A stretch of DNA of 32,241 nucleotides from an uncultured Oscillospiraceae bacterium (GTDB taxonomy: Bacteria; Bacillota; Clostridia; Oscillospirales; Oscillospiraceae). The notes beneath the pieces are model-generated. The model saw only the letters and a list, made by a program, of their open reading frames with translations, ran no database searches and had not been told where the DNA came from. The DNA is taken from assembly GCA_944385455.1 (NCBI GenBank), contig CALWXI010000149.1:1-32241 (forward strand). The letters run 5' to 3'. The translations under genes and the position numbers were made by a program. How positions within the stretch are numbered: position 1 is the stretch's first letter; each line of letters begins with the position of its first letter. Positions 9,490 to 18,367 of this stretch are shown here, piece after piece.

Positions 9490-9612
9490 GCTGCGCGATC
9501 TTATATCATTATTAATATGCATATGCACTGCGTCCGCTGAGGAGGATGGCGACCCTTAGTCGGCGTTCTCTTGAGCGGACGTTTTACTTTTCGATTGAAT
9601 GAGGGATCATCT

Positions 9613-10413
9613 TTGACCACCGTACATACACTGGCCAGCGGGTCCTCCGGGAACGCGCTGCTGCTCTCCTGTGACGGGACCCATCTTTTGATGGATGCCG
9701 GCATCTCCTGCCGCCGGATCACGGCGGCGCTGGGGCAGCTGGGACTGACACTGGAGGATCTGGACGCCGTTTTCATCACCCATACCCATACCGACCATAT
9801 TGCCGGACTGCGGACCATGCTGCGGCGGAGTGGATTTCCGCTTCTGGCCACGCAGAGGACCTGCCGGGAGCTGGAGTACCGGCTGGAGGCCGCGGCGGAC
9901 CGGCTGGAGCCGGTGGCTCTGAGCCGCCCCGTCACGGTGGGAGACTGCACCGTGACCGCTTTTTCTACTTCCCACGACGCTCCCGGCTGCTGCGGCTACC
10001 GCATCGATACCGCCGACGGCGGTGTGGGGCTGCTGACGGACACGGGTTATGTCACCGAGGCGGCGGCGGAGATTCTGCCGGGGACCGATCTGGTGGTGCT
10101 GGAGGCAAACCATGACCCGGATACCCTTTGCAGCGGGCCGTATCCCGATTCCCTCAAGCGGCGCATCCTGGGAGATGCGGGACACCTGTCCAACGGGGAA
10201 GCCGCCCGGTTTGCGGTGACGCTGGCGGGTTCCGGCGCCTCGGAGATCGTGCTGGCTCACCTGAGCCGGGAGCACAATACCCCCGCCATGGCCATCCATG
10301 CGGTGGAGACCGCTCTTTCCGCGGCGGAGCTGGCGCCCAGGCTCTCAGTGGCGCCCCGGGACAGTCTGAGCGCTCCGCTGACGGTTTGCAGGAGGGCGTC
10401 ATGCAGCGGGTGA
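9613..10413 (+). CDS. MBL-fold metallo-hydrolase, YycJ/WalJ-like
   Basis: LASGSSGN, THTHTDH, SHDA, TDTG, LEANHD, GHLSN, AHLS; TTG start at 9613. Confidence 0.88.
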   Translation: MTTVHTLASGSSGNALLLSCDGTHLLMDAGISCRRITAALGQLGLTLEDLDAVFITHTHTDHIAGLRTMLRRSGFPLLATQRTCRELEYRLEAAADRLEPVALSRPVTVGDCTVTAFSTSHDAPGCCGYRIDTADGGVGLLTDTGYVTEAAAEILPGTDLVVLEANHDPDTLCSGPYPDSLKRRILGDAGHLSNGEAARFAVTLAGSGASEIVLAHLSREHNTPAMAIHAVETALSAAELAPRLSVAPRDSLSAPLTVCRRASCSG

Positions 10414-10883
10414 GCGTCATCTGTGTGGGGAAGCTGAAGGAGCGGTTCTATATTGAGGCCGCCGGGGAGTACGGCAAACGACTTTCCCGCTTCTGCCGGC
10501 TGGAACTCATCGAGCTGCCGGAGGAGCGGCTGCCGGAGGATCCGTCTCCGGCTCAGATCGAAGCCGCTCTGGAAAAGGAGGCGGCGGCCATCCGGGCAAA
10601 GGTTCCCCAGGGGGCCTGTCTGGTGGCGATGTGCGTGGAAGGGGAGGCCTGCTCCAGCCCGGCTCTGGCCCGGCGGATGGCCGGATGGGCGGACCGGGGC
10701 GTGAGCCATATCGCCTTCGTGGTGGGGAGTTCCTTCGGGCTGCATCCTTCTGTGAAAGAAGCGGCGGCGCTGCGGCTTTCCATGTCTCCCATGACCTTTC
10801 CCCATCACCTGGCCAGGGTGATGCTGCTGGAGCAGATCTACCGGGCCTATCAGATCAATGCCGGTTCCAAGTATCATAAGTAA
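10401..10883 (+). CDS. rlmH: 23S rRNA (pseudouridine1915-N3)-methyltransferase RlmH
   Basis: VGKLKE, MTFPHHLARVMLLEQIYRA, C-terminal YHK; ATG at 10401. Confidence 0.96.
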   Translation: MQRVSVICVGKLKERFYIEAAGEYGKRLSRFCRLELIELPEERLPEDPSPAQIEAALEKEAAAIRAKVPQGACLVAMCVEGEACSSPALARRMAGWADRGVSHIAFVVGSSFGLHPSVKEAAALRLSMSPMTFPHHLARVMLLEQIYRAYQINAGSKYHK

Positions 10884-10927
10884 CGGCGGGTGCCGTTTTT
10901 TTAAGATTTCAGAGGAGGAGCAGCATT

Positions 10928-12655
10928 ATGGATTTCATGAAAGAGTACGAGAAATGGCTTGCCAGCCCCGCTTTGTCTGACGCAGAGCGTGCGGAGCTGG
11001 AGGCGATCCGCAGCGATCCCAAGGAGATCGAGTCCCGGTTTTACGGGCCGCTGGAGTTCGGCACCGCCGGACTGCGGGGTACCATGTACACTGGACTGCA
11101 CAATATGAATATCCATGTGATCCGCTGGGCCACCCAGGGCTTTGCCGATGTCATCACCGCCGAGGGCGAGGAGGGCAAGCGCCGGGGTGTGGCCATCTGC
11201 ATGGACTGCCGGAACCACTCCATGGAGTTTGCCCGGGCCGCGGCGGAGGTCTGCGCCGCCAACGGCATCCATGTGCGGATCTTTGAGTCCCTGCGCCCCA
11301 CGCCCGAACTGAGTTTTGCCGTGCGGGAGTATCACTGCCAGGCCGGCATCAACGTCACCGCCAGCCACAACCCCAAGGAGTACAATGGTTATAAGGTCTA
11401 CTGGGAGGACGGCGCCCAGCTGCCGCCTCACCACGCCGACGCCATTGCCCGCCGCCTGGGCGAGATCGACATCTTCCGCGACATCAAGACGATGCCCTAT
11501 GATGAGGCCGTCTCCAAGGGCCTCATTGAGATCCTGGGCGAGGAGACTGATGAGAAGTTCCTCTCCCACGTCATGGCCCAGGTCAATGACCGGGAGACAG
11601 TGGCCAAGGTGGCCGACACCTTCAAGCTGGTCTACACCCCCTTCCACGGCACCGGCCACAAGCTGATCCCCGAGGCGCTGCGGCGTCTGGGCATCCGGCA
11701 CCTGATCTGCGTGCCTGAGCAGATGGTCATTGACGGCGATTTCCCCACCGTGGTGTCTCCCAACCCGGAGAATCCCGAGGGCTTTGCTCTGGCGGTGGAG
11801 CTCGCCAAGAAAGAGGGGGCCGACTTCATTCTGGGCTCCGACCCCGACGCTGACCGCGTGGGTATCATGGTCAAGACCAAGAGCGGCGAGTTCAAGGTGA
11901 TCTCCGGCAACCAGACCGGTGTTTTGATGCTGGATTACCTCATCGGCGCCATGAAGCGGGCCGGTAAGCTGCCGGAAAAGCCCGTGATGCTCAAGACCAT
12001 CGTCACCACCGAGATGGCCCGGAAGGTGGCCGAGGTCAACGGCCTGCAGAGCTTCGACACCTTCACCGGCTTCAAGTTCCTGGCGGAAAAGAAAGACAAG
12101 CTGGAGAGCACCGGCGAAGGGAAGGTCATTTTCTCTTACGAGGAGTCCTACGGCTATATGTTCGGCGATTATGTCCGGGACAAGGACGCCGTCACCGCCT
12201 CCCTGATGCTCACGGAGATGGCCGCCTGGTATGCCGCCCAGGGCATGACTCTGGCCGACGCCCTGGATGCCCTTTTTGAGAAGTACGGCTACTATGCCGA
12301 AAAGACCTGCAATCTGGTCATGCCCGGCCTGGACGGCCTAAAGGACATGGCCAGCCTGATGAAGTCCCTGCGGGAGAATCCGCCGGCGGAGCTGTCCGGC
12401 GTGAAGGTGGCCGCGTGGAAGGACTATCAGGACGGCTCTGTGGTGGACAGCGCCACCGGTGCCCGGAGCCAGATGGAGCTCAAGGGTTCCAATGTGCTGC
12501 GCTTCGAGATGGCCGACGGCACCTCCGTCATCGTCCGGCCCTCCGGAACCGAGCCCAAGATCAAAGTGTACATCCTTACCCAAGGCAAAGATGCTGCTGA
12601 CGCCCAGGCGAATGTGGCGAAATACAGCAAGTGGGTGGACACCCTGAAGAAATGA
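10928..12655 (+). CDS. Phosphoglucomutase/phosphomannomutase family phospho-sugar mutase
   Basis: FGTAGLRG, TASHNP phosphoserine motif, DPDADR, YEESYG, RPSGTEPKIK. Confidence 0.96.
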   Translation: MDFMKEYEKWLASPALSDAERAELEAIRSDPKEIESRFYGPLEFGTAGLRGTMYTGLHNMNIHVIRWATQGFADVITAEGEEGKRRGVAICMDCRNHSMEFARAAAEVCAANGIHVRIFESLRPTPELSFAVREYHCQAGINVTASHNPKEYNGYKVYWEDGAQLPPHHADAIARRLGEIDIFRDIKTMPYDEAVSKGLIEILGEETDEKFLSHVMAQVNDRETVAKVADTFKLVYTPFHGTGHKLIPEALRRLGIRHLICVPEQMVIDGDFPTVVSPNPENPEGFALAVELAKKEGADFILGSDPDADRVGIMVKTKSGEFKVISGNQTGVLMLDYLIGAMKRAGKLPEKPVMLKTIVTTEMARKVAEVNGLQSFDTFTGFKFLAEKKDKLESTGEGKVIFSYEESYGYMFGDYVRDKDAVTASLMLTEMAAWYAAQGMTLADALDALFEKYGYYAEKTCNLVMPGLDGLKDMASLMKSLRENPPAELSGVKVAAWKDYQDGSVVDSATGARSQMELKGSNVLRFEMADGTSVIVRPSGTEPKIKVYILTQGKDAADAQANVAKYSKWVDTLKK

Positions 12656-12685
12656 TTGCATAACGGAAAACGATGGCATACAGGA

Positions 12686-12724
12686 AGAGGAGACGCCCTG
12701 CCGGGGCGCCTCCTCTTTGTTTTC
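12686..12724 (+). terminator. Intrinsic terminator after the mutase
   Basis: AGAGGAGACGCCC/GGGCGCCTCCTCT stem followed by TTGTTTT. Confidence 0.8.
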
Positions 12725-12781
12725 CGCCGCTGGCCGGCAAAGGTATATACACATAGAATGAAATCTGCTGCAGGATTTTTC

Positions 12782-12828
12782 TTGCTATTCTGAAAGGTGG
12801 GTGATAGAATAAAAAATGGCCATTTTTT
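12782..12828 (+). promoter_or_regulatory. Promoter of the c-di-GMP/GH3 operon with a palindrome over the start site
   Basis: TTGCTA-17 bp-TAGAAT with extended TG, immediately followed by the perfect palindrome AAAAAATGGCCATTTTTT (12811-12828). Confidence 0.6.
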
Positions 12829-12982
12829 GTCTAAACCCCGTACTTTGTTGAGAAAAAGGAAGGGGGAGGGGCACCCACAGCATCTTGTGGTTGCGTCCGC
12901 GCGGGCCTCATGTTCTGGAAGAAAATCCGCCCCGGAGAGACAGGACGGGATATTATTCGACGAAACGTGCAGGGATGATGGC

Positions 12983-15900
12983 ATGAAGAACCCGACGCAA
13001 AAATCGAATTGGAAGGTCTATGCGCTGTTTACACTGCTGCTGGCGGCAGTGGCGGCGGTATCCGTGCTGCTTTTTTGCAGCTCCATGCAGACTCGCAGCG
13101 TTGTCACACGGTATACCACCGCGTATCTCGCGGATGTGTCCGGTCAGATGGCGTCCAGCCTGGACAGCCGGCTGTTGAGCTCCGCCCGTGCACTGCAGAT
13201 CATCCGGGACAGCGCGATACGGTTTTCGGAGGAGGAGGCGGAGGCCTTTCTGGAGCGCAGGCAGCTTTTTTCCGGCTATGATGAGCTGCGGATGTTCCGC
13301 TCCGCCGGAGAGGCGGAGGCCTGGGTCAGGGAGGCATATCCGGAGATTGATCCGCAGGTGCGGATGACGGAGGAAGGAGCGTGTCTGCTGTTCGTTCCGG
13401 GCGAGGAGGCGCTGCTGCACTGTGTACAGGATCCGGAGGGCAAAGATCCGGCCATCCTGGTGGGAATTGAGGACGGAGAAATGCTGCAGGCGCTGCTGGA
13501 GACGGAGAACTTCGGCGGTGCGGGCGGGTCTCTGGTCGCCGGTGCGGACGGAAGCGTCGTGGCGATGCCGCGGAACAACGGCTGCGGCGCGGCGCTGGCC
13601 GCCCTGTGGGAAACAGGCGGACAGGGGGAGACGCAGCAGGCGCTGGAGCGAATGCGGACGGACGCCGCCGGGGGGACGGAGGGAACGGTCTCTCTGCCGG
13701 AGACCCAGGCGGGATCTCTGCTGGTGCATTACGAGCCGCTGGAGTATCCCGGATGGAGTCTGATCACGGCCATTCCGGAGAGCGCCGTCAGCGATGGCAT
13801 CGACCGGATTTCTCTGGGAAACCGGATCCTGACGGGTGCCGTGATCCTGGTGCTGTTTTTGAGCCTGCTGCTGGCGCTGAGCAACAGCCGCCGCCGGCGG
13901 GAACTGGAGCGAATCACCTTTTCCGATCAGCTGACCTGCGGCATGAACGATACCCGTTTCTGCATGGTGGCCGGCGATCTGCTGGAGCGGCACCGCTGGG
14001 AATACGTGCTGGTTTCCATGGACATCCAGGACTTCAAATTCATCAACAAGGCATTCGGCACACAGCAGGGGAACCGGACATTGCAGCATGTCTATCGGAT
14101 CCTAAGCGCCGCATTGCAGGAAGAGGAGCCCCTGGCCCGGGACTGCGGAGATGTGTTCTATTTTCTGCTCAAGGAGCGGGACGAGGCCCGGATCTGCAGC
14201 CGTCTGCAGCAGATCTTCCAGCAGGTGAATCAGTTCAATACACAGCAGGAGGCCCCCTACGTGCTGGAGCTGTATTTCGGTATTTACGCGCCTCAGGGGG
14301 ACGGCGAGTCCATCCAGGATATGCAGGAGAAGGCCAATCTGGCCAGGAAGCGGAAAAAGGGCGATCAGCGCTACCGGTACAGCTTTTACGACGAGGAACT
14401 GCAGCAAAAGCTCCTGGAGGAGAAGGACCTGATGGGGATGGTGGAAGGAGCCGTCCGGAAGGGCGAGTTCGTGGTATATCTGCAGCCCAAGGTCCGCCTG
14501 GCGGATCAGCGCATCGTGGGGGCGGAAGCCCTCATCCGTTGGAACCACCCGGAGCGGGGGCTGCTGGCGCCGGCCGACTTCATTCCGGCTGCTGAGCGGC
14601 ACCATCAGATCTGCCGCCTGGACCGGCTGGTGTTTGAGGAGATCTGCCGGATTCTGGCCCGCTGGAAGCAGGAGGGGAGGGAGCTGCCCGCCATTTCAGT
14701 GAACCTCTCCCGGCAGAATCTGGAGAGCTCCGCCTTTTTGCGGGAGTATCGGGAGCTCTGCCTGCGGTATGAGGTCTCTCCCAGTCTCATCGAGTTCGAA
14801 CTGACGGAGACCATCCTCTTTGAAAATCCCAAGGGCGTCAGGGCCTGCATCGACGAAATGCATGCCCTGGGCTTCCAGTGTTCACTGGATGACTTCGGCG
14901 CCGGCTTTTCCTCCCTGGGACTGCTCAACGATCTGGATGTGGATACCATCAAGCTGGATCGGAGCTTCTTCTGGAACAAGCGCAGCGGCCAGCGGAGCCT
15001 TCGGATCGTGGAGGCCATTTTGAAGCTGGCGGCTCAGCTGCACATCCGCACTGTGGCGGAGGGAATCGACGATGCGGGTCAGGTGGCTTATCTGCGCCGG
15101 GCGGCCTGCGATCTGGTACAGGGCTTTTTCTTCTTCAAGCCCATGCCGGTGGAGGAATTCGAGGCCACGGCGTTTGAAGAGGGACGGCTGCGGTACATGC
15201 CGCCGCTGGACAAGATGTCCGCTCCCCTGGAACGGGAGGGACCGGAGGATTTGCTGCACATGGAGGAGCAGCCCAACAGCGGTCTGGTGGCGTTCTCCTA
15301 TGATGTCAAACGAGACCGTGCGGTCTTCTCCGCCGCCTTTTCACCGGTAATGGAGGGGCGGTGCGATTTCCAGGCCGCCTCGGCGTTCTTCCGCAAGTCG
15401 GAACTGATCCATGACAGCGACCGGGAGGATTTTTTCCGAGTGCTGGAACGCTGCCGCCGGGAGGACATCTGGGTGGAGACTACGCTGCGTTTCTATATGT
15501 CTCAGGGGCGCTATGAGTGGCTGGAGCTGTTTTTGCACAACGACGGCGACTCCGGCTATCTGTCCGGTGTGCTCATCAATCTGGCCCACTGGCGCAGCGA
15601 GCTGGACCGCTGGCGGGAGAAGGCCAACCGGGACGCGCTGACCGGCCTTTACAACCGGGAGTTTTTGGAGCAGTACGTCAGGGAACAGCTGAAAGACGGC
15701 AGCCTGACCTCGGCGGCGCTGATCTTCATCGACATCGACGATTTCAAGCGGGCCAACGACACCCTGGGCCACGTGGTGGGCGACGATATTTTGTGCTGTG
15801 TGGCCAAGCGGGCGCTGGGCGTGTTCCGTCACAGCGACATTGTGGCCCGGTACGGCGGTGATGAGTTTTTGATCTTTGTGCCCTCAGTGGGGCGCGAGAT

Positions 15901-16132
15901 CCTGCGGACCCGGCTGGAGCAGCTTTGCGGCGTGTTCCACTATCCCTACCGCAACGGTACGCTGCATTATCAGATCTCGGGCAGCATCGGCGCCGCCCTT
16001 TATCCGGAAGGCGGTCTGGATTACGAGACGCTGCTGAAGCATGCCGACGCAGCGCTCTATGCCGCCAAAAGTGCCGGAAAAGACCGGTATGTGCTTTACG
16101 AACCGGAACAGCCCCTGCAGGGCGGGGAATGA
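12983..16132 (+). CDS. Membrane diguanylate cyclase/phosphodiesterase: TM-Cache-like-TM-GGDEF(degenerate)-EAL-PAS-like-GGDEF
   Basis: Two TMs flanking a sensor domain ending YPGWSLITAIP. First GGDEF reads CGDVF. EAL domain has QPK, AEALIRW, DDFGAGFSSL, VAEG, QG. Second GGDEF is intact with an RHSD I-site. ATG 12983 preferred over the track's 12797. Confidence 0.92.
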   Translation: MKNPTQKSNWKVYALFTLLLAAVAAVSVLLFCSSMQTRSVVTRYTTAYLADVSGQMASSLDSRLLSSARALQIIRDSAIRFSEEEAEAFLERRQLFSGYDELRMFRSAGEAEAWVREAYPEIDPQVRMTEEGACLLFVPGEEALLHCVQDPEGKDPAILVGIEDGEMLQALLETENFGGAGGSLVAGADGSVVAMPRNNGCGAALAALWETGGQGETQQALERMRTDAAGGTEGTVSLPETQAGSLLVHYEPLEYPGWSLITAIPESAVSDGIDRISLGNRILTGAVILVLFLSLLLALSNSRRRRELERITFSDQLTCGMNDTRFCMVAGDLLERHRWEYVLVSMDIQDFKFINKAFGTQQGNRTLQHVYRILSAALQEEEPLARDCGDVFYFLLKERDEARICSRLQQIFQQVNQFNTQQEAPYVLELYFGIYAPQGDGESIQDMQEKANLARKRKKGDQRYRYSFYDEELQQKLLEEKDLMGMVEGAVRKGEFVVYLQPKVRLADQRIVGAEALIRWNHPERGLLAPADFIPAAERHHQICRLDRLVFEEICRILARWKQEGRELPAISVNLSRQNLESSAFLREYRELCLRYEVSPSLIEFELTETILFENPKGVRACIDEMHALGFQCSLDDFGAGFSSLGLLNDLDVDTIKLDRSFFWNKRSGQRSLRIVEAILKLAAQLHIRTVAEGIDDAGQVAYLRRAACDLVQGFFFFKPMPVEEFEATAFEEGRLRYMPPLDKMSAPLEREGPEDLLHMEEQPNSGLVAFSYDVKRDRAVFSAAFSPVMEGRCDFQAASAFFRKSELIHDSDREDFFRVLERCRREDIWVETTLRFYMSQGRYEWLELFLHNDGDSGYLSGVLINLAHWRSELDRWREKANRDALTGLYNREFLEQYVREQLKDGSLTSAALIFIDIDDFKRANDTLGHVVGDDILCCVAKRALGVFRHSDIVARYGGDEFLIFVPSVGREILRTRLEQLCGVFHYPYRNGTLHYQISGSIGAALYPEGGLDYETLLKHADAALYAAKSAGKDRYVLYEPEQPLQGGE

Positions 16133-16145
16133 AAGAAGGGTATTC

Positions 16146-16736
16146 ATGTTGGCGCTTTCTATGGGAATTCTGGGGTTTGTGTGTCTCCTGATCTATGACG
16201 TCAACAGCTTCACCCTGCGCTGGAATGTGCTGCACGCGTTTTTTGCACTGGGGACGGGACTGGTGGCAGCGGCCACGCTGGCGGATCTGTCGGCGGCGGT
16301 GCGCCTGGGTGCCTTCTCCGGTGCGGGAGACGCCGTGCTGGCCGGGCTGGGGGTGCTGTGGCTGGGCGCTCTGATCTACAGCCTGTTCTTTGCACTTCCC
16401 TTTTCCGGGACGTACTGCGCGCAGCCGCAGTCGCCCCAGGTATGCGACCGGGGCGTCTACGCTCTGTGCCGCCATCCGGGTGTGCTGTGCTTTTTGGGGG
16501 TGTATGTGTTTCTGGGCGCCGCAGCGCTGCCGTCGCCGCTTCTGGCCAATGGGATGGTGTACTCCTTTTTGAACCTCTGTTACGTGATCTTTCAGGATCT
16601 GGTGACGTTTCCCAAGACCTTTTGTGACTATGCGGCTTACCGAAAGCGAGTCCCCTTCCTCATTCCCACGAGAAGGAGCTTTGGCGTGGCCCTGCAGACC
16701 TGGCGGCAGCCGACCGATGAGGAGGGAGAAACGTGA
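16146..16736 (+). CDS. ICMT/PEMT/DUF1295-like integral membrane methyltransferase family protein
   Basis: About 5 hydrophobic segments, GVYALCRHPG, C-terminal YAAYRKRVPFLIP; ATG 16146 with GAAGGG RBS. Confidence 0.78.
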   Translation: MLALSMGILGFVCLLIYDVNSFTLRWNVLHAFFALGTGLVAAATLADLSAAVRLGAFSGAGDAVLAGLGVLWLGALIYSLFFALPFSGTYCAQPQSPQVCDRGVYALCRHPGVLCFLGVYVFLGAAALPSPLLANGMVYSFLNLCYVIFQDLVTFPKTFCDYAAYRKRVPFLIPTRRSFGVALQTWRQPTDEEGET

Positions 16737-18367
16737 GATTTCAGGAAAAACTGCGAAAATACTCCAAGCAGGAGCTTTGGGATGAGTACTGCGGATTTCT
16801 GGACTTGAGTCCGGCGGAATTTATGCGCATCCAGAAGCGGCTTCTGATGGAGCAGATCGAGCTGTGGTCCTCCAGCCCGCTGGGCCAGAGCATCCTGAAA
16901 GGGAAGCACCCCCGCACCATCGAGGAATTCCGCGCCATGGTGCCCCTGACCACGTACGACGATTACGCGTCGGTGCTGCTGAGCCGGCAGGCCAAGTCCC
17001 TTCCGGCGGAACCGGTGCTCTGGATCCAGACCACCTGGGAAGGCGGCGTCCATCCCCTGAAGGTGGCGCCTTACACCAAGGGCATGCTGGATACCTACAA
17101 GCGCAACGTCATCGCGGTTTTGATGATGTGCACCGCCAAGCACAAAGGCGATTTTGATATCAGCGTCACGGATCACATGCTCTATGCCCTGGCCCCGCTG
17201 CCCTATGCCACAGGACTGCTGCCGCTGCTGTTTGAGGATGAGATCGACATCGAGTTCCTGCCCCCGGTCAAGGAAGCGGTGAAGATGTCCTTTCAGGAGC
17301 GCAATATCCAGGGGTTCAAGATGGGCATGAAGAAGGGGATCGAGTATGCTTTCGGCGTGGGAAGCGTCCTCTACTATGTCAGCCAGGGCCTTGCCTCCAT
17401 GCAGGAACGGCAGAAGGGCAAGAGCCTTCTCAGCCGCCTCCGCGGCATCTCGCCGTCCACCATGTGGCGGTATCTGGTGGCCCGGCGCAAATGCCGGGAG
17501 GAGAACCGGGAACTGCTGCCCAAGGATCTCTTCCAGCTCAAGTGCCTGATCGTGGGCGGCACGGACAACCGCTGCTACAAAGCGGATCTGGAGAAAATGT
17601 GGGGGGTGGCGCCGGTGGAGCTGTTCGCCGGCACGGAGCCCACGTTGGTTGGCTGCGAGACATGGACCCGGGACGGCGTCTACTTTTTCCCGGACGCCTG
17701 CTTCTACGAGTTCATTCCGGAAAAGGAATTTGAGAAGAATGCGGCGGATCCCTCGTATCAGCCCAGTACCGTGTTGTGGGACGAGGTTGCCGACGGCGGT
17801 GTATATGAGATCGTGCTGACGGTCTTCAAGGGCGGCGCTTTCGCCCGTTACCGGGTGGGCGACGTGTTCCGCTGCGTGGGAGGGAACAACGAGGGCCTGC
17901 CCCGGTTCCAGTATATCGACCGGGTGCCCCAGGTCATCGACATCGCCGGATTTACCCGGATTACGGAGACGTCCATCCGGCAGGCCATCCAGCTGTCCCG
18001 GCTGACTGTTGCAGGGTGGACGGCGAAGAAGGAATTCACAGAGAACAGGCGGCCGTTCATGCATCTGTATGTGGAGATGGAGCGCAGCGCGCTGACCACC
18101 AGCGCCGTCAGCACTCAGATCCTTCAGGAGCATCTGAGCGTGTATTTCAAATATATGGACCAGGATTACAAGGATCTCAAACGGATTTTGGGATTGGATC
18201 CGCTGCGCATTACCGTGCTCAAGTGCGGGACCTTTGCGGAGTACCAGCGGCGGTTCGGTGCGGAGATCCGCAGGGTCAATCCGGAGAGCAGCGAGATCAA
18301 CGATTTGCTTCAATGCCACGAGGGCGGCGGCATAGACAGGAGGGAGGGCAAGTATGAGTGGATATAG
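16733..18367 (+). CDS. GH3 (auxin-responsive)-family acyl-adenylate-forming enzyme-like protein
   Basis: FRAMVPLTTYDDY, FAGTE (YASSE equivalent), FYEFIP, YEIVLT...ARYRVGDV; 544 aa; GTG start overlapping the upstream stop. Confidence 0.85.
   Translation: MRFQEKLRKYSKQELWDEYCGFLDLSPAEFMRIQKRLLMEQIELWSSSPLGQSILKGKHPRTIEEFRAMVPLTTYDDYASVLLSRQAKSLPAEPVLWIQTTWEGGVHPLKVAPYTKGMLDTYKRNVIAVLMMCTAKHKGDFDISVTDHMLYALAPLPYATGLLPLLFEDEIDIEFLPPVKEAVKMSFQERNIQGFKMGMKKGIEYAFGVGSVLYYVSQGLASMQERQKGKSLLSRLRGISPSTMWRYLVARRKCREENRELLPKDLFQLKCLIVGGTDNRCYKADLEKMWGVAPVELFAGTEPTLVGCETWTRDGVYFFPDACFYEFIPEKEFEKNAADPSYQPSTVLWDEVADGGVYEIVLTVFKGGAFARYRVGDVFRCVGGNNEGLPRFQYIDRVPQVIDIAGFTRITETSIRQAIQLSRLTVAGWTAKKEFTENRRPFMHLYVEMERSALTTSAVSTQILQEHLSVYFKYMDQDYKDLKRILGLDPLRITVLKCGTFAEYQRRFGAEIRRVNPESSEINDLLQCHEGGGIDRREGKYEWI

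Noticed and set aside
10866-10927. rlmH 3' end (TATCATAAGTAA), a known integration site for SCC-like elements
   Set aside because: The mutase gene follows 44 nt later; no recombinase or duplicated att was noticed, so the site is empty.
12915-12960. Possible c-di-GMP riboswitch in the leader of the GGDEF/EAL gene
   Set aside because: A hairpin is possible, but the GGCAAAC and GACGCAAAG signatures are not present.
12797-12982. N-terminal extension of the 1111-aa ORF, and similar track extensions at 2594, 10128, 16041, 26592, 29096, 30304
   Set aside because: These extensions overlap promoters, terminators or upstream genes; downstream starts have RBSs and plausible N-termini.
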